A stretch of DNA of 64,000 nt, from positions 6,233 to 70,232 of the forward strand of contig JBDTEG010000013.1 of the NCBI GenBank assembly GCA_039922695.1, read 5' to 3'. This DNA is from Rhodanobacter sp. Its GTDB lineage: Bacteria; Pseudomonadota; Gammaproteobacteria; Xanthomonadales; Rhodanobacteraceae. Below are positions 31,486 through 40,304 of the stretch, piece by piece (positions within the stretch are counted from its first letter, which is position 1; each line of letters starts with the position of its first letter). Under the pieces are notes generated by a model. It had not been told where the DNA came from and searched no databases. It saw only the letters and a list, made by a program, of their open reading frames with translations. A program made the position numbers and the translations under genes.

Positions 31486-32454
31486 TCATCCGGCGCGTTT
31501 GCGTGCCGCGGAATGATTGCTCGATGAGCGCGGTGAGGTGGCAGCCGGATGAGGGTCAAGCAGTTCTGGAGGCAGTTTCCTGAGTACGCCCGCGAGCCGC
31601 TTCAGGAAATCATCCATCGATGAACTCTTGCGCCAGACCAGCGCGATGCGCCGGCTTGGCGGGTGGCCTTTGAACTCGATCAGGTGCAAACCTTCGACAG
31701 GGGCCACTGGCGGCTTGACCGCCATCACCGGGAGCAGGGTGATGCCCACGTTCGCCGCCACCATCTGGCGCAGCGTCTCCAGACTGGTGGCGCGAAAACC
31801 GCTGTGCTCGCCGGCGCCGGCCATGTGACAGACTTCCAGCGCCTGATCGCGCAGGCAATGGCCGTCCTCCAGCAGCAACAGGTTCTGGTTGGACAGGTCG
31901 CGCAGCTTCAGCAGGCCTTGCTGGTGCGCCAGCGGATGCTGCTCGGACACTGCCAGCAGGAATGGCTCTTCAAACAGGAACTCGCTATGCATGCTGTCTT
32001 CGTGCAGCGGCAAGGCAAGGATGCCCGCATCGAGCCGGCCCTCGCGCAGCAAGCGCAGCACGGATTCGGTCTTCTCCTCGACCAGCAGCAATTCGAGCTT
32101 GGGAAAGGCCGCGCGCAGCAACGGCAGCGCGTGGGGCAACAGGTACGGCCCCAAGGTAGGAAAGATGCCCAGCCGCACGGTGCCGGATTCCGGGTCGAGC
32201 GTGCGCCGGGCCACCGCGCGGATCTGCTCCACGCCGCCCAGCACGTCGCGCGCACGAACCGCGATGTCGCGCCCCACCTCGGTCATCAACACCTTGCGCG
32301 GCGTGCGTTCGACCAAGGGCACACCGAGCTCTTCCTCCAGCTTCTTGATCTGGGTCGACAGTGTCGGCTGGCTGACGAAACACGCTTCCGCAGCGCGCCC
32401 GAAGTGGCGGTGCTCGGCCAGGGCGACGAGATACTGGAGGTCGCGCAGGTTCAT
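31486..32454 (-). CDS. oxyR: hydrogen-peroxide-sensing LysR regulator OxyR
   Basis: MNLRDLQYLVALAEHRHFGRAA HTH; redox Cys pair LLEDGHCLRDQALEVC; ATSLETLRQMV. Confidence 0.95.
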   Translation of the reverse strand: MNLRDLQYLVALAEHRHFGRAAEACFVSQPTLSTQIKKLEEELGVPLVERTPRKVLMTEVGRDIAVRARDVLGGVEQIRAVARRTLDPESGTVRLGIFPTLGPYLLPHALPLLRAAFPKLELLLVEEKTESVLRLLREGRLDAGILALPLHEDSMHSEFLFEEPFLLAVSEQHPLAHQQGLLKLRDLSNQNLLLLEDGHCLRDQALEVCHMAGAGEHSGFRATSLETLRQMVAANVGITLLPVMAVKPPVAPVEGLHLIEFKGHPPSRRIALVWRKSSSMDDFLKRLAGVLRKLPPELLDPHPAATSPRSSSNHSAARKRAG

Positions 32455-32472
32455 CGAGAGCTCGTCCAATCA

Positions 32473-32509
32473 ATAGTCAGAAACTATGGTGATGACACCA
32501 ACAATCAAT
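32473..32509. promoter_or_regulatory. putative OxyR binding site
   Basis: ATAG-N7-CTAT perfect at 32473-32487, then N7-ACAC-N7-CAAT in register with the ATAG-N7-CTAT-N7-ATAG-N7-CTAT consensus; 19 nt upstream of the oxyR ATG. Confidence 0.7.
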
Positions 32510-32615
32510 TGGGACAATACACCGGCAGAACGTATGGTGCATCCCGTACTCGCTGCGATGGCTCGCGTGCCTTGCCCTTTCCTGGTTTTCCGCAGGCGCG
32601 CAGATTCCACCACCG

Positions 32616-32646
32616 GCGCGAGGTTTCCCTCGCAGGCGCTTTTTTT
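32616..32646 (+). terminator. candidate intrinsic terminator in the oxyR/aminopeptidase intergenic region
   Basis: GCGAGG-TTTC-CCTCGC hairpin (alternative fold: 8-bp stem with a 4-nt bulge) followed by T7. Confidence 0.55.
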
Positions 32647-32751
32647 GCGCGGCAAGTTGTCGGCACGCGGGTGCGTCGTGCCTTCTGGCACTGTGCCGAA
32701 AATCATGCGGACTCTACGGTGGGTTCTTTTGGACCACGCCGGAGCGTCGCC

Positions 32752-35433
32752 ATGTATCGTCTTGCCCGCCCACTCATCTCCACGGCGCTGGCCGCGTGCT
32801 GTGTCGCTGCGTTTGCGGCCACCGCCAACAAGGCGCCGCAGGGGCGGCTGCCTGGTTGGGCGGTGCCGCAGTCGTACCAGATCGCATTCAAGGTGGATCC
32901 CGCGCAGCAGGATTTTTCCGGCACCACCACGATCAAGGTCAAGCTGACCAAGGCTTCCGATCATCTGTGGCTGGACGGCAAGGACCTGAAAGTGTCGAAG
33001 GTGACCATCACCGACGCCGCGGGCACGGCGCATGACGGCCAGTACGTCGACGTGGACGCCCACGCCGGCGTGGTGCGTGTGGATTTCGGCAGCACGCTGC
33101 AGCCACAGATACTGAGCCTGAAGTTCGAGTACAGCGCGCCGCTCAACGGGCAGTTGCAGGGACTGTACAAGGTCAGCGCCAAGGGCCAGCCGTATGCGAT
33201 GACCCAGATGGAGCCGATCAGCGCGCGCTTTGCCTTCCCCAGTTTCGACGAACCCGGCTTCAAGACCCCGTTCGACATCAGTCTGACCCTCCCGGACGCT
33301 GACGTGGGCGTGGCAAACACCAGGCAGATCAGCGAGACACCTGCGGGCAACGGTTGGAAGACGCTCGCGTTTGCACCGACGCAGCCGCTGCCGACCTATC
33401 TGGTCGCCTTCGCCGTGGGCCCCTGGAGCATCGCCGACGCGCCGGACATTTCGTCGGATGCGTATCGATCCACGCCGCTGCCCTTGCGCGGCATCGCGCC
33501 CGCCGGCCAGGCGCAGCGCATGAAACATGTGCTGGGCGAAACGCCGAGCATCATCCATGCGCTGGAGAACTACTACGGCTTCGGTTATCCCTTCGGCAAG
33601 CTCGACCTGGTGGCCGCGCCGGACTTCGCCGCCGGTGCGATGGAGAACGCCGGTTTGGTCACCTTCCGCGACTGGCTGCTGCTGCTCGACAAGGATTCTC
33701 CGGCGCGCAACATCCGCGGTTCGTTCAACGTCACCGCACACGAGCTGGCGCACCAGTGGACCGGCGATACGGTGACGCTGGAATGGTGGAACGACATCTG
33801 GCTGAACGAGGCGTTCGCCACCTGGATGCAGCAGAAGGTGACCATGGAAGTGCATCCCGAATACCGTGCCGACCTGGATCGGGTACGCGGGGCGGAAGGC
33901 GCGATGAGCAGCGATGCGCTGGTCAGCGCGCGCAGCATCCGCCAGCCAATCACCGGCAATGGCGACATTCTCACCGCGTTCGATGGCATCACCTACCAGA
34001 AGGGTGCCGGCGTGATCGCGATGTTCGAAAACTATGTCGGTGAGAAGACCTTCCAGAAAGGCATGCGTGCCTACATCCAGGCGCACAAGTTTGGCAACGC
34101 CACGGCCAGCGACCTGGTTGGTGCCATCGCCACCGCCGCCGGCAAGGGCGATGCATTCAAACACGCCTTCAACAGTTTCCTCGACCAGTCCGGCGTGCCC
34201 TACGTGCAGACCAGGCTGGAGCAGAAGGATGGCAAGACCGTGCTGCAACTGAGCCAGAGCCGCTACCTGCCGCTGGGCAGCAAGGGTGATGCAAAGCGGA
34301 TCTGGGGTGTGCCGGTATGCGTGCGCTACGGCATCGCCGACGGCAGCAAGGTCGAGTGCAAGATGCTGGACAAAGCTACCGGTTCGATGGCACTTGATGG
34401 TGCCAGCCCACCGACCTGGATCATGCCGAACGCGAACGCCAACGGCTATTACCGGTTCAGCCTGGACAAACGACAGCTGACAAGTCTCACCGCCGAAATC
34501 GGCAAGCTCAGCGATACCGAGCAACTGGCCTATGCAGATGCGGTCAGCGCCAGTTTCCGTCGCGGCGATCTCGACGCGGGTGACGTTCTGGCTGCGTTCA
34601 AGCCGCTGGTCAGTTCGAACGTGCGCGAAGTGGCCACTGCGCCGCTGACCCAGATCGAGTGGATCTACCACCACGAAGCGACCACCAACGCGCAGCGAGC
34701 GCGTCTGGCCGTCTGGGTGAAGGACGCCTATCTGCCGCGTCTCGAACAGCTGGGTTACCAGCGCAAAGCGGGTGAGTCGGAGGATGCCTCCTTGCTGCGC
34801 AGCACGCTCGCCGGCGCTCTGGCATTCGACTTCAAGCTGCCCGAAGTGCGTGCGGCGCTGTTGAAGCAAGGTGAGGCGGTGCTGAAGCCAGGCGCCGACC
34901 AGACGCTTGATTTTGCTGCCGCCGACCCGGATCTGCTTGACGACGCGCTGGGCGTGGCCGTGCAAACCCAAGGCAAGCGCGCCGTCGACACCTTGATTGC
35001 CACGTTGCCCAGGACCAGTGACGCGGCCCTGCGCAACGGCATCCTGGGTGGTCTGGCGCACGCGGATGATCCGGCATTGAGCACGCAAGTGCGCGACTTC
35101 GCGCTGGACAAGCAGGTCAAGGTGGGCGAGATGGGCTCGCTGTTGATGGGTGGTCGCGATACTGCGGCGGGACGGGACGCCATGTGGCAGTGGTTCACTT
35201 CGCACTACAAGCAAGTGCTCGGCCGTACCGGCAGCTTTGCCGGCGGCCGCCTGCCGCGTCTGGCGGCTGGTGGTGGTTGCTCCACGCCCGAGGTTGAGCG
35301 GCTGCAGACATTCTTCCAGCCGCGCATGAATGACGCAGCCGGCATATCGCGTGGCGTGGCCCAGACCAGCGAATCGATCCAGCTGTGCGCGGCACTGAAG
35401 AAGGCGCAGGACCCCGCGGCCATTTTGAAGTAG
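32752..35433 (+). CDS. M1 family zinc aminopeptidase (secreted, ERAP1-like C-terminus)
   Basis: Signal peptide; GAMEN, HELAH-x18-E (WLNEAFA), TYQKG. Confidence 0.93.
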   Translation: MYRLARPLISTALAACCVAAFAATANKAPQGRLPGWAVPQSYQIAFKVDPAQQDFSGTTTIKVKLTKASDHLWLDGKDLKVSKVTITDAAGTAHDGQYVDVDAHAGVVRVDFGSTLQPQILSLKFEYSAPLNGQLQGLYKVSAKGQPYAMTQMEPISARFAFPSFDEPGFKTPFDISLTLPDADVGVANTRQISETPAGNGWKTLAFAPTQPLPTYLVAFAVGPWSIADAPDISSDAYRSTPLPLRGIAPAGQAQRMKHVLGETPSIIHALENYYGFGYPFGKLDLVAAPDFAAGAMENAGLVTFRDWLLLLDKDSPARNIRGSFNVTAHELAHQWTGDTVTLEWWNDIWLNEAFATWMQQKVTMEVHPEYRADLDRVRGAEGAMSSDALVSARSIRQPITGNGDILTAFDGITYQKGAGVIAMFENYVGEKTFQKGMRAYIQAHKFGNATASDLVGAIATAAGKGDAFKHAFNSFLDQSGVPYVQTRLEQKDGKTVLQLSQSRYLPLGSKGDAKRIWGVPVCVRYGIADGSKVECKMLDKATGSMALDGASPPTWIMPNANANGYYRFSLDKRQLTSLTAEIGKLSDTEQLAYADAVSASFRRGDLDAGDVLAAFKPLVSSNVREVATAPLTQIEWIYHHEATTNAQRARLAVWVKDAYLPRLEQLGYQRKAGESEDASLLRSTLAGALAFDFKLPEVRAALLKQGEAVLKPGADQTLDFAAADPDLLDDALGVAVQTQGKRAVDTLIATLPRTSDAALRNGILGGLAHADDPALSTQVRDFALDKQVKVGEMGSLLMGGRDTAAGRDAMWQWFTSHYKQVLGRTGSFAGGRLPRLAAGGGCSTPEVERLQTFFQPRMNDAAGISRGVAQTSESIQLCAALKKAQDPAAILK

Positions 35434-35471
35434 GCGTGCCGCCGATCTTGTCGCCTCGGCAAGCGTCATGC

Positions 35472-35499
35472 GGCGCGCCAGTGGTCTGACTGGCGCGCC
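35472..35499. terminator. GC-rich hairpin after the aminopeptidase
   Basis: GGCGCGCCAGT-ggtctg-ACTGGCGCGCC perfect 11-bp stem; weak U-tract. Confidence 0.45.
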
Positions 35500-35930
35500 A
35501 CTCCTTGGTTGAGCATCACCTTGGTCCGGCCACTGCATCACCGATCAGGTCATCCAGACTCCGCGCTCTTTTTCCAGCGTCGTCCAGTGCGACGTGCCAT
35601 GCCGCCGTCTTGCGACTCATCACCGGGTCGTCCGTCTGGTTCGCGCCACCATACAGCGGCAACCAGATGGACGTCCAAACCATCCTTCGTTTGATCCCCG
35701 TGCACCGGACAGTCCGATGGGCGAATGAGGTCTTCCGATGCGGTTCATGCGCAGGTGCGAATCGGCAGCATCGACTCCAAAAGACCGATTACGGGAAAGA
35801 AGTCTGACCTTCGTTGCAGCACGCAAAGCACTGACACGTACGACGCAGCAAGGGGGAAAGCACGATGAGCCGCAGTGGCCAGGGAGCTCAGGGCAACAGC
35901 ATCATGCGCCTGCAGTTGACGGGACGTCTC

Positions 35931-36380
35931 TCACGGACTGTCAGCTGCCACCTGAAGAACGAATAGGTAGTGGGGACCGGTGACAGGGTCAAAAAACTCA
36001 TCTCCGATGGCAGAAAACCCGTGGCGTTCGTAGAACGATCGTGCCGACACCCGACCATGGCACCACAGTACGTTTACCCCAGCGCGGAATGCGCGATCTA
36101 CGCCCTGCGTGAGAAGCTGGCTGCCAAGACCGTGACCACGGGCGGATTCGAGGACGGCCATGCCACGAAGACGCCATGCGCTGACCTCCAGGTTACTCGT
36201 GCATTTTTCGGGAAAGAATGTGGCGACACCCATAAGGCGGCCGTCCTCAAAGGCGCCCAAGTGAATCGCAAACTCGGAGTCATCGGAAGGATAGGTGATC
36301 TCTGACTCAGGGCGACCTGGCCTTAGTACTTCCCGGCGGAATGAGCGTGCTTCCGAGACCGAAATATTGCGAATGTCCAT
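35931..36380 (-). CDS. GNAT family N-acetyltransferase
   Basis: FRREVLRPG, LRGMAV...RGHGLGSQLL (motif A), FYERHGF; visibly AT-richer than flanks. Confidence 0.85.
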   Translation of the reverse strand: MDIRNISVSEARSFRREVLRPGRPESEITYPSDDSEFAIHLGAFEDGRLMGVATFFPEKCTSNLEVSAWRLRGMAVLESARGHGLGSQLLTQGVDRAFRAGVNVLWCHGRVSARSFYERHGFSAIGDEFFDPVTGPHYLFVLQVAADSP

Positions 36381-36679
36381 TTGCGATGATGATGCTTGCT
36401 GGGGGCTAACGAGGTGTAAAAAAAGTCCGTCGCCAAGTTGCGTTCTTCAAAGCTCTGGAAAAATTGTTCGCGAGAGTTCGGTTGCAGCGGAAATTTGTCG
36501 TAAAAATGGATTTGAAGAAACTCTCACGGTCATTTCAAACTTCCCAATCGGCTGCCCGAACTTGTTTTACTGCCGCAACGCTTTAGACAAGCCGCTTGAG
36601 TCAGCACGTAGTCCTGATTGAGGGGTTAGCACACAGACCGCGGGGCACGAACACGCAGCCCAGCCCATTGCGTGCTACC

Positions 36680-38077
36680 TCATCCCGCCAACTGCACCAG
36701 CACCCGATGCCAGAATTCCAGCCCCGCTTCGACTTCCGAAGCAGGCAGCTTCTCGTTGAGTCCATGGGCGAAGGTATCGTCGGGTTTGGTGAAGGCGGCA
36801 TCGATGCCGTAGCTGGGGACGCCGGCGTTGCGGAAGTACATGCTGTCGGAGGCGCCGGCGGACATGCCGGGGACGATTTCCACGCCTGGGAAGCGGTGGT
36901 GGACGGCGGCCGTGACGGCGGCGATCACGTCCTTGCGCAGGGGTGAGGCGGGGCTGGCCACTGGCGGTGGCGGTTGCACGGTGACGGTGGCGGACTTGTC
37001 GGCAACCACCTTGATCAGGGTGTCGCGCACGCTGTCGACCGAGGTGCCGGGGAAGATCCTGCAGTTGATGTTGACGGTGGCGCTCTGCGGCAGCGCGTTG
37101 AGCGCGTGGCCGCCGTTGAGCATGGTGGCCACGCAGGTGGTGCGGATTTGGCCGACGTAGGCTGGGTCGGCGGAAATGGTGGCGGCGGCCGCGGCATCGT
37201 CCGGGTGAGCGGCGAATTGGGTCATCGCCGCGCCCATCGGACCAGGCATGTGGGCGCCCAGCGCACGCAGCGAGGCGAGGGTGATCTCGTTGCTCATGGG
37301 CGGAAACTGGTAGCCGGCGACGCGATCAAGGATGCGCGCCAGCCGATAGATGGCGTTGTCGTTGTTCGGTTCACTGGAGTGGCCGCCGGCTGAAGTCAGG
37401 CCGATCTGGAAGTCCGCATAAGTCTTTTCGGCGGCCTGGATTTGGTACAGCACCGGTTTGCCGGTGGTGGCGTCCAGCGTGCCGCCGCCAGCGTCGGCGT
37501 TGAGCAGGAACTCGGCGTCGTGATAGCGCTTCGCCAGCTCGCGGGTGGAGGCCATCGCGGTCTCCTCGTCCCCGGACAGCAGCAGGATCAGGTCGTGACG
37601 TGGCTTGAAGCCTTCGTGCTTGAGCCGAATCAGCGTCTCCACCAGCACCACCACCGCGGTCTTCATGTCGGCGCTGCCGCGGCCATACATATAGCCGTTC
37701 TCCTCGATCAGGGTGAACGGGTCGCGCGTCCAGTCCTTGCGATTGGCTGCCACCACGTCCATGTGCCCGGACAGCAGGATCGGCTTGCCCTCGCCGGTGC
37801 CGCGGTAGCGCGCCACCAGGGCGGCCGTCTCGCCCACAGGAATGATCTGGACATCGTCGGCCGCGAAACCGCCGGCCTTCAACTTGTCGGCCAGATACGC
37901 GGCCAGCACCGGCACCTGGTGCTGGCCCTCGACCGTGTGGATGCCTATCGCATGCTTGAGCATGGCCATGGTGTCGGGCAGCGCGTCGGCGCTGCTGCCG
38001 GCTTTCGCCATTCCGATGCCGGCGCAAAAGACCAGGGTGGCTGCCGTGGCGGAGCCGATGGCTCGTGCTGCTTTCAT
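36680..38077 (-). CDS. M20/M25/M40 family metallopeptidase (secreted)
   Basis: Signal peptide; GHMDVV, GRGSADMK, GDEE, GGHSS, AHGLNE. Confidence 0.9.
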   Translation of the reverse strand: MKAARAIGSATAATLVFCAGIGMAKAGSSADALPDTMAMLKHAIGIHTVEGQHQVPVLAAYLADKLKAGGFAADDVQIIPVGETAALVARYRGTGEGKPILLSGHMDVVAANRKDWTRDPFTLIEENGYMYGRGSADMKTAVVVLVETLIRLKHEGFKPRHDLILLLSGDEETAMASTRELAKRYHDAEFLLNADAGGGTLDATTGKPVLYQIQAAEKTYADFQIGLTSAGGHSSEPNNDNAIYRLARILDRVAGYQFPPMSNEITLASLRALGAHMPGPMGAAMTQFAAHPDDAAAAATISADPAYVGQIRTTCVATMLNGGHALNALPQSATVNINCRIFPGTSVDSVRDTLIKVVADKSATVTVQPPPPVASPASPLRKDVIAAVTAAVHHRFPGVEIVPGMSAGASDSMYFRNAGVPSYGIDAAFTKPDDTFAHGLNEKLPASEVEAGLEFWHRVLVQLAG

Positions 38078-38225
38078 TTGAATTTCCCTGTGCATGGTTT
38101 TGGCGATGCCCGATTATGCGCGGCGGATCGCTCGCTTGCATCTGCCTGATCGGCCTCCGCCGGCTTGCTCCGCCAGCGTGTTAATCTTGCCGCCGCGCTG
38201 TTGGCGATGCCGTCAGCGCGATAAC

Positions 38226-38330
38226 CCCTGGGGAGTAGCCTGCCTCGTTGCGACGAGGCGTATTCGTCAACACGCTCAGGTTATCCTGCCGTGGCGAAGA
38301 CACCGATCACGGCTGGCGAGACCAGCGGCT
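38226..38330 (+). ncRNA. yybP-ykoY (Mn2+) riboswitch
   Basis: GGGGAGTAGC ... CGTCAACAC ... GTGGCG ... GGCGAGACC core in the mntP leader. Confidence 0.85.
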
Positions 38331-38397
38331 GACGACGCCACGGCGGTGGGGCACGTCGTCGCGCTGTGGCGTCCAGCCCCGTCGTTCGAGACCACGC

Positions 38398-38964
38398 ATG
38401 AATCCTCTTTCCATACTGTTGCTCGGCTTCGCCATGTCCGCGGACGCGTTCGCGGCGGCGATCGGCAAGGGCGCGGCGATGACTCGTCCACGGCTCGGCC
38501 AGGCGCTGCGCGCCGGCCTGATCTTCGGCGTGATCGAGGCAATCACCCCGGTCATTGGCTGGTTGCTGGGCAAGGGTGCCTCGCATTACATCGAAGTCTG
38601 GGACCACTGGGTAGCGTTTGTTTTGCTGCTGGGGCTCGGCCTGCACATGGTCTGGAACGGGGTGAAGCCGGAGTCGGACGAGGTGTTCGACGAGGCGAAG
38701 AGGCACGGCTTTGTTGGCCTCGCGCTCACCGGTCTTTCCACCAGCATCGACGCACTGGCCGTAGGCGTGGGCCTGGCCTTCGTCGACACGCCGATTGTGG
38801 TGGTCGCGGTGGTGATCGGCCTGTGCACCTTCAGCATGGTCACCTTGGGCGTCATGCTCGGTCGCGTGCTCGGCGCGATGGTCGGCAGGCGCGCGGAAGT
38901 GATCGGCGGAATCACCCTGATCGGGGTGGGCGCGGCGATCGTGTACGAACATCTGTCGAGATGA
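38398..38964 (+). CDS. mntP: manganese efflux pump
   Basis: [29 protein letters not shown]; preceded by the yybP-ykoY riboswitch. Confidence 0.93.
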   Translation: MNPLSILLLGFAMSADAFAAAIGKGAAMTRPRLGQALRAGLIFGVIEAITPVIGWLLGKGASHYIEVWDHWVAFVLLLGLGLHMVWNGVKPESDEVFDEAKRHGFVGLALTGLSTSIDALAVGVGLAFVDTPIVVVAVVIGLCTFSMVTLGVMLGRVLGAMVGRRAEVIGGITLIGVGAAIVYEHLSR

Positions 38965-39217
38965 GGTCACGCCACGCGGCCTGCAACGCGACAATGGAAC
39001 GGGACGATGCTTCGCCTGCGGCGCGTTTCCTGAAGCCACGCTCATCATGAAGGTCAGACCGGGAAAGGGTTCGGCGCATAATCGGAGTCCGCAGGTCACG
39101 TTCCCCGCGGATCCCGATGAGGTAACCACAACGCGGCTTTCCACGCATACACAGGTAGTTCCGTCGATGCAATCGCAGGCTTCCCCTCCAGCGGAAGCAC
39201 CCACCAGGAGATAGACC

Positions 39218-39523
39218 ATGTTTGACATGAAGAATCTGGGTCGTCTGAAAAAACTGGACGAGAACGCAACCGATGCAATGAAGGCATTCTGGGCTTTTGA
39301 CAAGGCGGCGTTTGCCGAAGGCGCACTCAGTGCGCGCGAGAAGCAGCTGATGGCGGTAGCCGTGGCGTTGACGACCCAGTGTCCGTATTGCATCGAACTC
39401 CACAACAAGGCTGCCCGTGAAGCGGGCGCAACCGACGCCCAGCTGGCCGAGGCTGCGGTCGTGGCGGCTGCGATCCGTGCCGGCGGCGCGATAACGCACG
39501 CCACCCACCTGTTTGCCGGTTGA
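39218..39523 (+). CDS. carboxymuconolactone decarboxylase / AhpD-like protein
   Basis: REKQLMAVAVA..TQCPYCIELH (CxxC + His). Confidence 0.85.
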   Translation: MFDMKNLGRLKKLDENATDAMKAFWAFDKAAFAEGALSAREKQLMAVAVALTTQCPYCIELHNKAAREAGATDAQLAEAAVVAAAIRAGGAITHATHLFAG

Positions 39524-39584
39524 TGATTCGGTCAGGCAGCGGGTGAGTCATCTGGCGTTCGCCCGCTGCCCGATACCGGCAGCT

Positions 39585-40304
39585 TCAGGTGCCTTGATTC
39601 GTCGTGCCGGATTCCAGAAACCGGTAGCCCACGCCCGGCTCGGTCTTCAGCCAGCGCGGTGCGCCGGGATCGTCGCCCAGCTTCTGGCGCAGGCGACCCA
39701 GCACAATGCGCAGGTAGTGCGTATCTTGCACATGCGTGGCGCCCCACACCTCGCGCAGCAATTGTTGCTGGCTGACCACGCGGCCGGCATGGCGCAGCAG
39801 CAGGGCTAGCACGGCGTATTCCTTGCGCGTGAGCGCAACCCCGTGGCCGTCGAGGCTCACTTCGCGACGGATCAGGTCCACGCGCAGCCTGCCGTCGTCG
39901 TAAAGCGGTGGCACGTCGGCGGGACCGGTGGAGGGGTGATGGCGCAGCAGCGCGCGCAGCCGCGCCATCAGTTCCTGCATGCCGAATGGCTTGGTCACAT
40001 AATCGTTGGCGCCGTTGTCGAGCGCACGCACCTTCTCGCTCTCGGCGCTGCGTACGGACAGCATCAGCACCGGTACCGCGCTCCACTGGCGCAGTTCGGC
40101 CAGCACCTCGTGGCCTTCGCGGTCGGGCAGGCCGAGATCGAGGATGACCAGATCCGGCGATTGCGTGGCGGCAAGCGCAAGTCCCTCGGCGGCGTTGGCC
40201 GCCTGCAGCACCTGATAACCTTCCGCGCGCAGGCCGATGTCGAGGAAGCGACGGATCTGCATCTCGTCATCGATCACCAGCACGCGTGGCGCGGAAGTAT
40301 TCAA
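39585..40304 (-). CDS. kdpE: KdpE-type response regulator
   Basis: PDLVILDLGLPD, GANDYVTKPFG, LLREVWG, HYLRIVLGRLRQKLGDDPGAPRW, TEPGVGYR. Confidence 0.88.
   Translation of the reverse strand: MNTSAPRVLVIDDEMQIRRFLDIGLRAEGYQVLQAANAAEGLALAATQSPDLVILDLGLPDREGHEVLAELRQWSAVPVLMLSVRSAESEKVRALDNGANDYVTKPFGMQELMARLRALLRHHPSTGPADVPPLYDDGRLRVDLIRREVSLDGHGVALTRKEYAVLALLLRHAGRVVSQQQLLREVWGATHVQDTHYLRIVLGRLRQKLGDDPGAPRWLKTEPGVGYRFLESGTTNQGT

Noticed and set aside
31663-32751. 1256-aa ORF as a giant fusion protein
   Set aside because: The first 363 codons are the antisense shadow of oxyR plus intergenic DNA. The real gene starts at 32752 with a signal peptide.
32470-35541. 1023-aa minus-strand ORF, and similar long antisense ORFs (44035-46404, 41614-43860, 22676-24088, 9809-11482, 53188-54729)
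   Set aside because: These are antisense shadows of well-supported genes, expected in high-GC DNA with strong codon bias; they show no domain motifs.
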